Below, one piece after another: positions 38,846 to 50,900 of a stretch of 64,000 bases of DNA (position 1 is the first letter of the stretch; every line of letters starts with the position of its first letter). The DNA is from Octopus bimaculoides (Eukaryota). The notes beneath the pieces were generated by a model. It did no database searches and had not been told where the DNA came from. It saw only the letters and a list, made by a program, of their open reading frames with translations. The translations under genes and the position numbers were made by a program. The stretch lies in contig NC_068998.1 in the NCBI RefSeq assembly GCF_001194135.2, positions 34,993,850 through 35,057,849 of the forward strand. Direction: 5' to 3'.

Positions 38846-39074
38846 AAAGATTTCAGTGATAGTTTTTGATAACAGATATGTCACATCGGTTGTTCTCATT
38901 TTAACCTATTGTCATTCAAACATGTTAAAATTGCTGCCTCTATTGTATGTGTCTGTATGTATATATATATACACACACACACACACATATATAGGCAAGT
39001 AGAGTTAGTGGCTGGAATAACTGTCTAAGGGGTATGAATATCCGTTCTTACTACCGGTATCAATTAACTATAAT

Positions 39075-40758
39075 ATATATATGAGGATAGCTGTGTGAAA
39101 AAGTACCACACCCTAGCAGTTGAGGGAACCTGTGGAAGAGGTAGGCTCAGGAAGACCTGGGATGAGGTGGTGAGGCATGACCTTCGAACATTGGACCTCA
39201 CTGAGGCGATGACTTCTGACCGAGACCTTTGGAAATATGCTGTGCGNNNNNNNNNNGATGAGGTGGTGAGGCATGACCTTCGAACATTGGACCTCACTGA
39301 GGCGATGACTTCTGACCGAGACCTTTGGAAATATGCTGTGCGTGAGAGGACCCGGCAAGCCAAGTGAGACTTAAATCTAAGGCCTCAGCCAGTCCACTTA
39401 TGCGTACCTTCCTTCATTGGACATCAACCTCCACTTGCGAAGACCTGTTAAGGCAAGTGAAATCGAAATCGAGTTAAATTGGACACTAAACTCCACTTGC
39501 GAAGACCTGTTGAGGCAAGTGAAATCGAAATCGAGTTAAATTGGATACTAAACTCCACTTGCGAAGACATGTTGAGGCAAGTGAAATCGAAATCGAGTTA
39601 AATTCGACGACTGGCACCCATGCCAACATCGTCTCCTTCATTGGAACACGAAACTCAGCTTGCGAAGACTTATTGAGACAAGCGAAATCGAAATTGTGAT
39701 GGCACCTGTGCCCAGCATCGCCTTTCTGGCAATTGTGCCCNNNNNNNNNNNNNNNNNNNNNNNNNNNNNNNNNNNNNNNNNNNNNNNNNNNNNNNNNNNN
39801 NNNNNNNNNNNNNNNNNNNNNNNNNNNNNNNNNNNNNNNNNNNNNNNNNNNNNNNNNNNNNNNNNNNNNNNNNNNNNNNNNNNNNNNNNNNNNNNNNNNN
39901 NNNNNNNNNNNNNNNNNNNNNNNNNNNNNNNNNNNNNNNNNNNNNNNNNNNNNNNNNNNNNNNNNNNNNNNNNNNNNNNNNNNNNNNNNNNNNNNNNNNN
40001 NNNNNNNNNNNNNNNNNNNNNNNNNNNNNNNNNNNNNNNNNNNNNNNNNNNNNNNNNNNNNNNNNNNNNNNNNNNNNNNNNNNNNNNNNNNNNNNNNNNN
40101 NNNNNNNNNNNNNNNNNNNNNNNNNNNNNNNNNNNNNNNNNNNNNNNNNNNNNNNNNNNNNNNNNNNNNNNNNNNNNNNNNNNNNNNNNNNNNNNNNNNN
40201 NNNNNNNNNNNNNNNNNNNNNNNNNNNNNNNNNNNNNNNNNNNNNNNNNNNNNNNNNNNNNNNNNNNNNNNNNNNNNNNNNNNNNNNNNNNNNNNNNNNN
40301 NNNNNNNNNNNNNNNNNNNNNNNNNNNNNNNNNNNNNNNNNNNNNNNNNNNNNNNNNNNNNNNNNNNNNNNNNNNNNNNNNNNNNNNNNNNNNNNNNNNN
40401 NNNNNNNNNNNNNNNNNNNNNNNNNNNNNNNNNNGGCGTGTGTAAGGACTTTCGAGCGAGGTCGTTGCCAGTGCCCCTGGACTGGCTTTTGTGCGTGTGG
40501 CACATAAAATACACCATTTTGAGTGTGGCCGTTGCCAGTACCACCTGACTGGCCTTCGTGCGGGTAACATGTAAAAGCACCCGCTACACTCTTTGAGTGG
40601 TTGGCGTTAGGAAGGGCATCCAGCTGTAGAAACTCTGCCAAATCAGATTAGAGCCTGGTGTTGCCATCCAGTTTCACCAGTCCTCAGTCAAATCGTCCAG
40701 CCCATGCTAGCATGGAAAGCGGACGTTAAACGATGATGATGATGATGATGATGATGAT
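39075..40758 (+). mobile_element. 5'-truncated RTE 3' end, with low apparent divergence and an expanded 3' UTR
   Basis: EGTCGRGRLRKTWDEVV...LWKYAVRERTRQAK*, then 62-bp tandem units (39419-39604), an N-gap, and a (GAT)n tail. CpGs are preserved. Confidence 0.9.
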
Positions 40759-41894
40759 TAAGATTTAGTAAACTATAGTAGGACTCTGAATTTGTAACCA
40801 TGTTAATAATTAGCAAGTGATTTAGCTTGTAATTGTTTAACTATTTTAGGGCTTTGTACTTCTGCCCTCTCATATGTCTAATTGGCAGAATGCACTCAGG
40901 AACGTGTTGACGTTTACTTGTTCGTCTAGTATAACCACCACTTGGAAATATGCTGGCTATTTAAGATGTTAGATTTAGCATTATAATTCAAAGGTAAATG
41001 CACTAGCAACCACCTCCCCTAACAATGGTCTCCTCTGAACTGTCAGGAAGTTACTGCTGTATGGTTGCTAGTATTTATTTTATCTTATTTTGATATGGTA
41101 TATAAGGACACAAGTGGCTTCGCGCCACTTATGACATCGTCTCCACCCCTACACCTTTTATTTACTGGTTTATTTACTTCTTTATTTATGTTTACCCCTG
41201 TAACGGTCTTAGCTTGTCCTTGGTTTTAAATGTAACTCACCAATTGTAAAGATGGCTGGACTGTGGTCAATTCCATTATGGACAACAGGTGGTTGGTCTC
41301 TAGAATATTTCAGTAAGTGCACTACTATAAAAACTTTATGGGTATGTTTTTGGATAAATATTAATTGGCTCTATTTACGAAATCACAAGTACTATCCTTT
41401 TTCTAGACATATTGACGATTCCTGTTTTACTTTAGCACTAGTTTTATTTTACTATTATTTATACATCCTGGTTCCCCTATAAAAAGAGATAAACCTACCA
41501 GTTATTTTTCTAGATTATTTGCTAGTTTACTCTTTTGCCCATTGACTTCAAGCTTCACACTGCAAAATGGTATGATTCTAATATATTGAGCCTTTTGGTC
41601 TCATCTCAAGGCCCTGTTCTTTCCTCCCCCTCTTCCCTTCTTTTATTTTATATATTTGTATTCACTCTGATTAAACTCCATGTACTAGATTGGATGTGTT
41701 ACAAAGATGACGAATATTATTTTCAAAATTGTCTTTGGAGGCACTGACTGACATTGGCAGCCTAAACGGCCGTAAGCAATATTAAGTTTTGTATTAAAAA
41801 ATAATTAACTGATGTTAGTCAATTTGTTTGTTTGTTGATCAAAAGTTTTCTCCATTTCCTGCTTATTTTAAATTTATATATATCTATATATATA

Positions 41895-42272
41895 TACGTA
41901 AAAAGCACCATTTGAGCGTGGCCAGTGCCAGTGCCACCTGACTGGCACCTGTACTGGTGGCATTTAAAAAACTCCATTTGAGCATGACCGATGCCAGTGT
42001 TACTTGACTGGCACCCATACCAGTGACACGTAAAAAATACCATTCAAGTATGGTCAGTGCCAGTGCTGCCTATCTGACTCCTGTGCCAGTGGCACAAAAA
42101 AAGCACCCACTACACTCTCAGAGTAGTTGGCATTGGGAAGGGCATCCAGCAGTAGAAATCTTGCGAGATCAGATAGGAGCCTGGTGCAGCCTCCTGGCTT
42201 GCCAGTTCTCAGTCAAACTGTCCAGTCCATGCCAGCACATGGAAAGTGGATGTTAAACGATGATGATGATGA
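41895..42272 (+). mobile_element. RTE 3' UTR end
   Basis: aaaagcaccatttgagc/tgccagtgc/gactggc modules, then ttggcattgggaagggcatccagc and gttaaacgatgatg. Confidence 0.8.
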
Positions 42273-43224
42273 ATTGAAAAACTATATATATAGCAGACTT
42301 TTGTTTCATGGGTCTTTTCTTTCCAGTTTATTTTGCATACTTTCAACGCAAGTGACATCGAAATCACGTGTAAACGGCTCCTTTCCTTTAGAAAAAGAAA
42401 AGATTTGGCTACTATTTCTCGCATGCTCTGCTACCACATAACAGGTATGTCAGATCCTTTATCGGAAATAGTTGTTACATTGAAGCAGAGCATGCTAGAA
42501 ATAGTATCCAATCTTTGGAGGTGAGATAACGTTGAATGCACTCACAAAAAACTTAGGGAAAAAACTATTTCACACCGAGGTTATGAAGTTCATGATATGT
42601 CATCATCATCGTTTAACGTCCGCTTTCCATGCTAGCATGGGTTGTGTATGTATATATGTATGTATGTATATATGTATGTATATGTGTATGTATGCACGTA
42701 CATATGTAGATGTGTACATGTGTATGCATGTATATATACATATACGCATGTATGTATGTGAGCATTTACATATGTAAGTGTGTAGATGTGTCTGCATGTG
42801 TGTATTTGTGTATGTATGTATAAACGTATGTTTATGTACTGAAATGTGTGTCTCTTCAAGTTGTATATATGATTGTTACTCTGTCAAAGGCAGTATGAAT
42901 ATATGTTTACTGTAAAAATGCAAATCTTATTTTTCCGTTGTCAAATCAGTCTAGCCAGACTGTTGGGGGTTTTTTCCCTTTCAGGATGAAGTTAAATTCG
43001 GAACATTTTCACATTATGCACCGTTTTGGGTATTTATACCCCAAACCCTGAATATCTCAGTAACTACTACTCCAATTTACGTGGAACTTGTTTCATTCCG
43101 TTCCTATTAACATTTCAGGGTACACTTAATTCATAGTATTTTCTCATTATGCGACAGTTTGCTTGGGTAACATTGCAAGTAAGCAAGCAAGATTGAAACT
43201 GACTTTTAATGTATTGTAGATATA

Positions 43225-43641
43225 TCTTTTACCTGTTACTAGTTTTAGCTATTAGACAATGGCCTGTCTTCAAGGGTTTAGTCAAACAAACTGACCCTAG
43301 TACTTTGTTTTTTAAAGCCTTGTATTTATTCTATTATTCCTTTTTGCTGAGCTACTAAGTTCCAGGGATGTAAACAAACCAACACTGGTTGTCAAGCAGT
43401 GGTGAAGAACAAGCACAAATACAAAGACACACACACACACACAGAGGTACATATGATACACACATACACAGGTACCTATGATAGGCTTCTTTCAGTTTCC
43501 ATCTGCTATATCCACTCACAGGGCTTTGGTCAGCATGGAGCTATAGTGGAAGACACTTGCTTAAGATGCCTCACAGTAAAACTGAACCCAGAACCATGTG
43601 ATTGGGAAACAAACTTCTGAGCACATAGCCATGCCTGCACC
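43225..43641 (-). mobile_element. tRNA-derived SINE
   Basis: Reverse complement of the 29717 family. Confidence 0.8.
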
Positions 43642-43687
<46 letters not shown>

Positions 43688-45194
43688 TTACATTTTTGAA
43701 AAATTATACAATTTTTATTAAGATCAATAAAATTACATGCCTAATTTGTACACAACTTCTCTTTAACACACAACAAAAAAATAGCTAAATAAAAACATAA
43801 GATCAATATATATTTTATCTCTTTCTATTTATCAATGTTTTTGAAATTCTGATTTATCCATTAAAATATTAGTTATTAATGACCCGTAATTTTGTTAGCA
43901 TAATGATTAGGAAAATGTTAACCAAAGGCAACAGATTTACAAACATGGAGATTTATGATAAATTTTATAATTAACACTAAAATGGGTGTCTGTTATCAAT
44001 AAAATTACTCACATAATTTGTGTTTAGAATTTATGTACATAACCATTGCAATAAGCTTTACCTGTAGGTCTGCTCTTTATGACCACAAGCAAGAAAATCG
44101 TGTTGAATTGGATGTTAGGAATGAATAAATTCAGAGTTGGAGACTTGCGTTGAATTAAGACTTGTTTCGTTAATCTGATTGTATAGTTGATTATAACATT
44201 AGAAAAAAATGGACCAAAATATCCACATTTTTCATGAGAACATATTAATATTGGCATTTAAAAAATTTTACTAGTTATTCTAGACATAAAAAATGCTTTG
44301 GTTTAGTAAGCTACATAGACATATAACCATTATTTTTTAATTTCCTTCCTCATACATCATTGTTGATATTGTCATCGTTGTTATTGTTGTCGTTATCATC
44401 GTCATCGTCATCCTAATCATCATCATTATTATTATATTTCGCAAGTGTAGTGTGTAAATGTTTTACCTCCTCCCTTCAAGATGTTTTATTCAAGCATTAC
44501 CAAATGATATTTTCCTTGGAATGCTTGTAAAAAGAAATATAATTGTCTCAGCTGGGGTTTCGTTTGATATCCAAAGGTAAATATAAAAACATATATTTAA
44601 AAAAAGGGTTTCATTCAGAAACTTTAAAGATTTTATTTACATACATTACGTTTTCACTCTCATAGTGGCTACTACACATAATTATGCTACAGTGACTAGA
44701 AATATAAAAAAGAAATTCAAAATCACAACACACACCTAAATGTTTGAGAGGAAGAAGACAAGGATTAGTAAACAGTAAGTAAATAGAAGAAAATATTCAA
44801 AATATTTCAATAAGTTATTTCAAAGACAGCAACTGTAATACCAATAAAATAGCAGTAGCAATTCTTACATGATTTGAAATAAGGTTGTCCATTTAAATAG
44901 TAACTGTGTGAAAGCAAAGCAAACCGTCCTTCAATACAAAATGAACAGATGGAAGGTAAGGTTTTGATCTCTCATGGTTACAAGAAAAGAATAGAAATGG
45001 GAGAATTTTGTAAAACTGAATAGCATTTCTTTACAGAAGCTAATCCAGGTGAGCACAAAGAGAATAATTATATACCTCTGCTTGTGAATAAGCAGAAGTG
45101 GATTTAATTTGTCCTTCATGCCAAGTAGTTCAAGAAGCATTCTAGGACATATCAGAAGAAAGTATCCCAATTAAAAATGGCAAAAACTGTACAG

Positions 45195-46507
45195 TGCCTT
45201 TAAAACTTCACAGCATTTTGTCTGTCTTTATGTTCTGAGTTCAAACTTCACTGTGGTTGAATTTGCCTTTCATCCTTATGAGGTCAATAAAATAAGTACC
45301 AGTTGAAAACAGGGGTCAACGTAATCAACTAACCCCCACCTCCCAAAATTATTGGCTTTGTGCCTGTAATAGAAAGGGTTATTATTATTATTATTATTAT
45401 TATTATTTACTTTTAATCTGCATGTGTTTTGCAATCACTTGCCGAGACACACCCAGCATCCTAGGGTGAATGAAGGATAAGAGATGTTACAGTATGACTG
45501 AAAGCTTTTAGAGGGGAAGTGGCAGGGGCAGTAGCAAGATATCGTCTTGTAATACAACACAGACATTTAAATTGATAGGACTTTTCTAAGGATGTCAGCA
45601 CAATCTTTTGGATTTCTCTGGGACATAGTTCTGTTAAGATATTATCTAATATTTCTGACATCTCTTTCTTATCATACCTAGGACATCCACAATAACAGGA
45701 ACTGTTCTCACTTTAAGATGCCACATCTTTTGTATTTCAATTTCCAGGTCTTTATATTTACTTAATTTGTCAAATTCTTTTACAGAATTATTATTACTGG
45801 GGTGGTGGAGTGGCAAAATCATTAGAGTATTGCAAAAATATGCTTTATGGTATTTGTTCTGGCTCTTCACATTCTGGGTTTGAATACAACTGAGGTCAGT
45901 TTTGCCTTTTTATCATTTGAGGTTGGTATAATAAACTACTGGCCGAGTACTGGGCTCAGTGGTATTGACTATCCCTGCTCCTCATAAAATTACTGGCCTT
46001 GTGCCAAAATTTGAAGGAATTATCATTATGAAGATGCAAGCTGGCAGAATTGTTAGCATGTCGGCCAAAATGCTTAGTGACACTTTTTTTAGACTCTTTA
46101 CGTTCTGAGTTCTATTTCTAGTTCTGGTGAGGTTAACTTTGCCTTTCATACTTTCAGGGTTGATAAAATTAGTACCAGTCAAACAGTGATACCAATGTAA
46201 TTGATTCACCCTTTCCCTCAAAATTCTTGGCCTTAGGCCAAAATTAGAAAGAATTATTGTTATTATTGGTGGTGGTGATGGTAGTAGTAGTAGTAGTAGT
46301 GGTAGTATAATAATACTATTATCCGTGAATGTGAATTTATAAAGCAAACAGACCAATTTGTTTCCTTTGCTGTTGTCTCTGCTTTTCATCTTTCCTGCAA
46401 TTAATAAAATAAGTATTAATCAACTAATGCTTTTGATCTATTTGACAATATTCCTACACACGCACGCACGCACACACTACATTTAAAGATCTGACTCTAT
46501 GTTAAAA

Positions 46508-46540
<33 letters not shown>

Positions 46541-47583
46541 TGATGCCAGTGCTGCCTGACTGGCTTCCATGCTGGTGGCACATAAAAAGCATCATTCGAG
46601 CATGGTCGATGCCAGTGTCACCTGACTGGCCCCTGTGCCAGTGGCACGTAAAAAGCACCCGTTACAGTCTTGGATTGGTTGGTGTTAGGAAGGGCATCCA
46701 GCTGTAGAAACTTTGCCAGATCAAATTGGAGCCTGTTGCAGCCTCCTTGGCTTGCCCAGTCCCCAGTCAAACCATCCAACCCATGCTGAGGTCCACTTTG
46801 CCTTTCATCCTTTCAGAGTTAATAAAATAAGTACCAGTTGAGTACTGGGGTCAATGTAATTGACTATCTCCCTCCCCCAAATTTCAGGCCTTGTTCCTAT
46901 AGTAGAAAGGATTATCATTATTGTTATTATTATCATTATTATTATGGCAGCGAACTGGCAGAATCATTAGTACGCTGGATGAAAAACTCAGTGGTATTTC
47001 ACCTATCGCTACATTCTGAGTTCAAATTCCCCTGAGGTCAACTTTGCCTTTTATCCTTTTGGGGTCGATAAAATAAGTAACAGTTGAACACTGGGGTCAA
47101 TGTAATTGACTCCTCCCCTCTCTCAAAATTGCTACCCTTGTGGAAAAATATGAAAACATTATTATTATTATTACTATTATTATTATCATTATTATTATTA
47201 TTAACTGGCAGAATCGTTAGCACTCTGGTTGAAATGCGTAGCAGTATTTTACCCACCGCCATGTTCTGAGTTCAAATGCTGCCAAAGTCGACTTTACCTT
47301 TCATCCTTTTGAGGATGATAAATTGAGTACCACTGAAACAAATTTCAGGCCTTGTTATTATTACTGAGGAAGCAAACTGGTAGAACTATTAGCAAGCTGG
47401 CCAAAATACCTTGTGGCATTTCATCTGTCTTTGCATTGAGTTCAAATTCCACCATCATCAACTTTTCTTTTCATCGTTTTGCGGTCAATAAAAAAGATAC
47501 CATCTGAGCACTGAGGTCAATATAATTGATTACTCCCACTCCCCAGAATTTCAAGCCTTGTGCTTATCATAGCAAGGATTATT
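45195..47583 (+). mobile_element. Head-to-tail cluster of about seven Meta-like SINE copies with (ATT)n tails
   Basis: Repeated gagttcaaa...tttgcctttcatcc...aataagtaccagttga units, all on the + strand and separated by (ATT)n/(AGT)n. The cluster is interrupted by a Dong fragment and by an RTE 3' piece (46540-46790). Confidence 0.8.
45408..45850 (-). mobile_element. R4/Dong-clade LINE 3' end (restriction-like endonuclease)
   Basis: SVKEFDKLSKYKDLEIEIQKMWHLKVRTVPVIVDVLGMI...EIQKIVL, typical of the RLE C-terminus. It ends at a (TAA)n run (45379-45407). Confidence 0.85.
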
Positions 47584-49228
47584 CATCATCATCGTCATCA
47601 TCACTTAACGTCTGTTGTCCATGCTGGCATGGGTTAGACGGTTTGATGGGTCTGGCATGTTGGAAGGCTGTTCCAGGATCCAGTCTAATTTGGCATGGTT
47701 TACTATGGCTAGATGCCCTTCCTAGTGCCAACCACTCTGAGAGTGTGATGGGTGCTTTTACATGCCACTGGCATGGGGGCCGTGTGTGTGACACCGGTAT
47801 CTGCCACTACTGCAATTTTGCTTGGCTTGATGGGTCTTCATCTCAAGCATGACATAATGCCAAATGTCTTGGTCATTGCTTCTGTGAGGCTCAACACTCG
47901 AAAGGAACTCAGCCACCATGCCTCTTTGAGGCCTGTTTGAATGAACTCAGCCACCTCACTCCATGAGGCCCAACATTCAAAAGGAACAGCCATCCCGCCT
48001 CCATGAGGCCCACTTGAAAGGAACTCAGCCACTTCCCCTCCATCAGGACCAACACTCAAAAGGAACTCAGCCACTTTGCCTCCGTCAGGTCCAGTGCTTG
48101 AAAGGTACTCAGCCACTTTGCCTCCATGAAGCCTGACATTCAAAGGTCAATTTTTTTTTTTACGTACCACCAGCACAGGTGCACTTGGCTTGATGGGTCC
48201 TCTTAAGCAGAGCACATCACCAAAGGTCTCGGTCACTAGTCATTGCCTCTGTGAAGTTCTAAGTTCGAAGGTCAAGTTTCACCACCTCTTCCTATGTCTT
48301 CCTGGGTCTACCTCTACCACAGGTTCCCTCCACAGTTAAAGATCAGCACTTCTTTACACAACTGTCCTCGTCCATACACATCACATGACCATACCAGCAC
48401 AGTCGTCTCTCTTATACAGCACATCTGATTCCTCTTATGCCTAACTTTTCTCTCAAGATGCTTACACACTATTAAACATGTACACTGACATTGCACATCC
48501 AATGAAGCATACTGGTTTCATTTCTCTGAAGCCTATGCATGTCCTCGACTGTCATAACCCATGTTTCACTGCCATGCAGCATAGCTGTTTGCACACAGGC
48601 ATCAAGCAATCTGCTTTTCACTCTGAGAGAGAGGCCCTTTGCTGCCAGCAGGGGTAGGAACTCTTTGAACTTTTCCCAGCGTAATCTTAATCTCACAGCT
48701 ATGCTTTCAGAACAACCACCTGCACTACTAACCTGGTCGCTTAGTTACCAGAAGCTATCTACTATCTCTAGCTTGTCCTCCTGGCAGTTGACGGAGTCTA
48801 TTTTCTGCACATGTTCAGCATTTATTATGCCTGTGCATCTTCCACATATTAAAGTTAGTTTCCCTGTTAACCCTTCTTCAGTGTTGTTGTACCTTTTGTG
48901 TGTTCAAAGCTTACATTGGATGCATCTTATGGAGTTTCTACCTACACCTTTTCTACAGATTGAGCTGGGTCATCTACCTAAGGGGATGTGTGATTTGTCT
49001 GCCTTCCTACTTACTATGACTTTTGTTTTTGCTAGGTTAACTCTAAGGCCATTTGATTCTAGACCTTGCTTCTATACCTGGAACTTCTTCTCTAGCTCAG
49101 GTAGTGATTCAGCTATAAGAGCAAGTTCATCAGCATAGAAGAGCTCCCAGGGTCAACCTGTCTTAAATTCTTGTTATTGCCTGGAGGACTATGATGAACA
49201 AGAGGGGGTTTAGCACCGATCCTTGGTG
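47584..49228 (-). mobile_element. 5'-truncated RTE LINE
   Basis: Starts at HQGSVLNPLL and contains KGLSLRVKSRLLDACVQTAMLHGSETW. The 3' UTR has ~40-bp tandem units and a (GAT)n tail. Confidence 0.9.
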
Positions 49229-49273
<45 letters not shown>

Positions 49274-50900
49274 ATGTTTCAATAGTCTTGTATGTTTTCA
49301 TTGTACAACTGAGGACATCTTTCTGTACCTTAGATGTGTACAGTGTTTTGTTTTCTTTCAGTTTTTGTGTTGAAAGTATGTGTGTAATATCTATTAATGC
49401 TATATTTTTTGCATTATCCATATTTGAAAGTGAGTAAGCATTTCATCGACCCATGTAAGCTGTGTTGGGCTTTGACTTAAATATTTTCATCATTTCCAAC
49501 ACAAGTTCTGGATAGTTCTGTTTCCAGCTCTTTGTGTTTGGAAAATGCTCTTTTTAATATTTTTTTTTATTTTTACAGAAACATATTGTTGTACATGGAA
49601 TTGATACATTTATTTGGAGAAATTACTTTACTGGCAGTCTTTGCCAATAATCAGTGGAATTTACCTTAATCTCCTTGTCTATGTGAACTTGCATGTCCCA
49701 GCATATAGTCACTTTCTTATTCACTGAGAGCTTTTGCGTTGTGTCTTTGTGATGTCGTCTTTTTCTTGCTATTCGATAAGTATGGTTTCCTTTGTATTAA
49801 ATCTGATTTATTGATAAATGTTTTTCACTGAGAAAATTCATTCAAACTGGTGAGCTTTTGCTTGGAAAGGATGAAACTAACATCAGTTTTAGAGTTACAG
49901 GCCATAAAGCCAGGACCCATCTCCAAGCAACAACTAGAGATGGGATCTAGCTATAGATGAAGGAAGATCTTTAAGTAGATTTGAACTGTTATGCTATGCT
50001 TTACATTGAACACTAATAGAAATGATAGGTGAAAAGAAAATCCTTTCCAAAATACAATATGGAATAAAACACTTTAACTGATTTAATCCATAATCTTAAC
50101 TTGAAACTGAACATTAAATGATTATTTCAACCCCAAAAGGAAAAGTAGAAAGCATATTCTACTTGAGAACTTATACAAGGAAAATAATGTCATGTGACTG
50201 ACACAAAAATTTTATGATTCTGTTGTACCTGTTCATATACTACTGGTTTGGCTAGAACTGGGTCACAGTAAACAATATGATTGATATTTTCTTTATAACC
50301 TACTAAATATATCTTAGTTATTTTTTATACCTGCTTCATTAAAGTTGTATGTAGTTTCTGGTGTGAAGGCTTTTGTCTTATGCTTGAAACAAAATCAATC
50401 TTGTCTCAGTTATCAATCCTGGGCTTCTCGGCAGTGCAGAGATTTTTATTTATTCATTTTTATTTTGACAAATGTTATTGGCTATATGTGATTTTTATCT
50501 TTTTTGCCAGTTCAGCATGGCATTTTATACTCTTGTTAGTTTCTTAAATATTTTTTGTTATTATTTCTCCATCTTCACAATTATTTGTGAAATCAGTTTT
50601 CTTTATATATTTTCTGTTATCTTCATATAAAAAAACATTTTTCTTTTCCTTTTTTGTTTCCATCATTTTAGCTATTTTTTCTATTAGTATTCTTTTATTC
50701 TTTCATACATTTTTTTCAGTCTTGCCGTAAATATTTTATGATAGCTTATTTGTCAACATATAATCTTTCACTCTTGGCGTTTTGGTTATGCATTTTAATG
50801 CTGTTATCACTTTCCTCGTTTTCTAGTCTTGCCAATACACTTAACTTTCAGTTGAGAATACCATAACTGTAACTTATTACTGAAACAGATCTGATATTAA
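49229..50900 (-). mobile_element. Decayed R4/Dong-clade LINE with (TAA)n tail
   Basis: KVTICWDMQVHIDKEIKVN (ILWD..IHTDR.I.ANRPD) and NIALIDITHIL at the 3' end, with (TAA)n at 49229-49272. The A-rich upstream part has weak ..SPG.. RT-region similarity, so the upstream boundary is uncertain. Confidence 0.6.

Noticed and set aside
39168-39340. Tandem duplication of the RTE ORF2 end around a 10-N gap
   Set aside because: Identical sequence on both sides of a minimal gap is typical of an unmerged contig overlap.
39419-39604. 62-bp direct repeats as a CRISPR array
   Set aside because: The units are contiguous with no unique spacers, lie inside a LINE 3' UTR, and sit in eukaryotic sequence with no cas genes.
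44024-44257. Minus-strand first exon of a nested antisense gene (ORF with a CAG|gtaaag donor)
   Set aside because: No recognisable homology or partner exon, and an ORF of this length is expected by chance.
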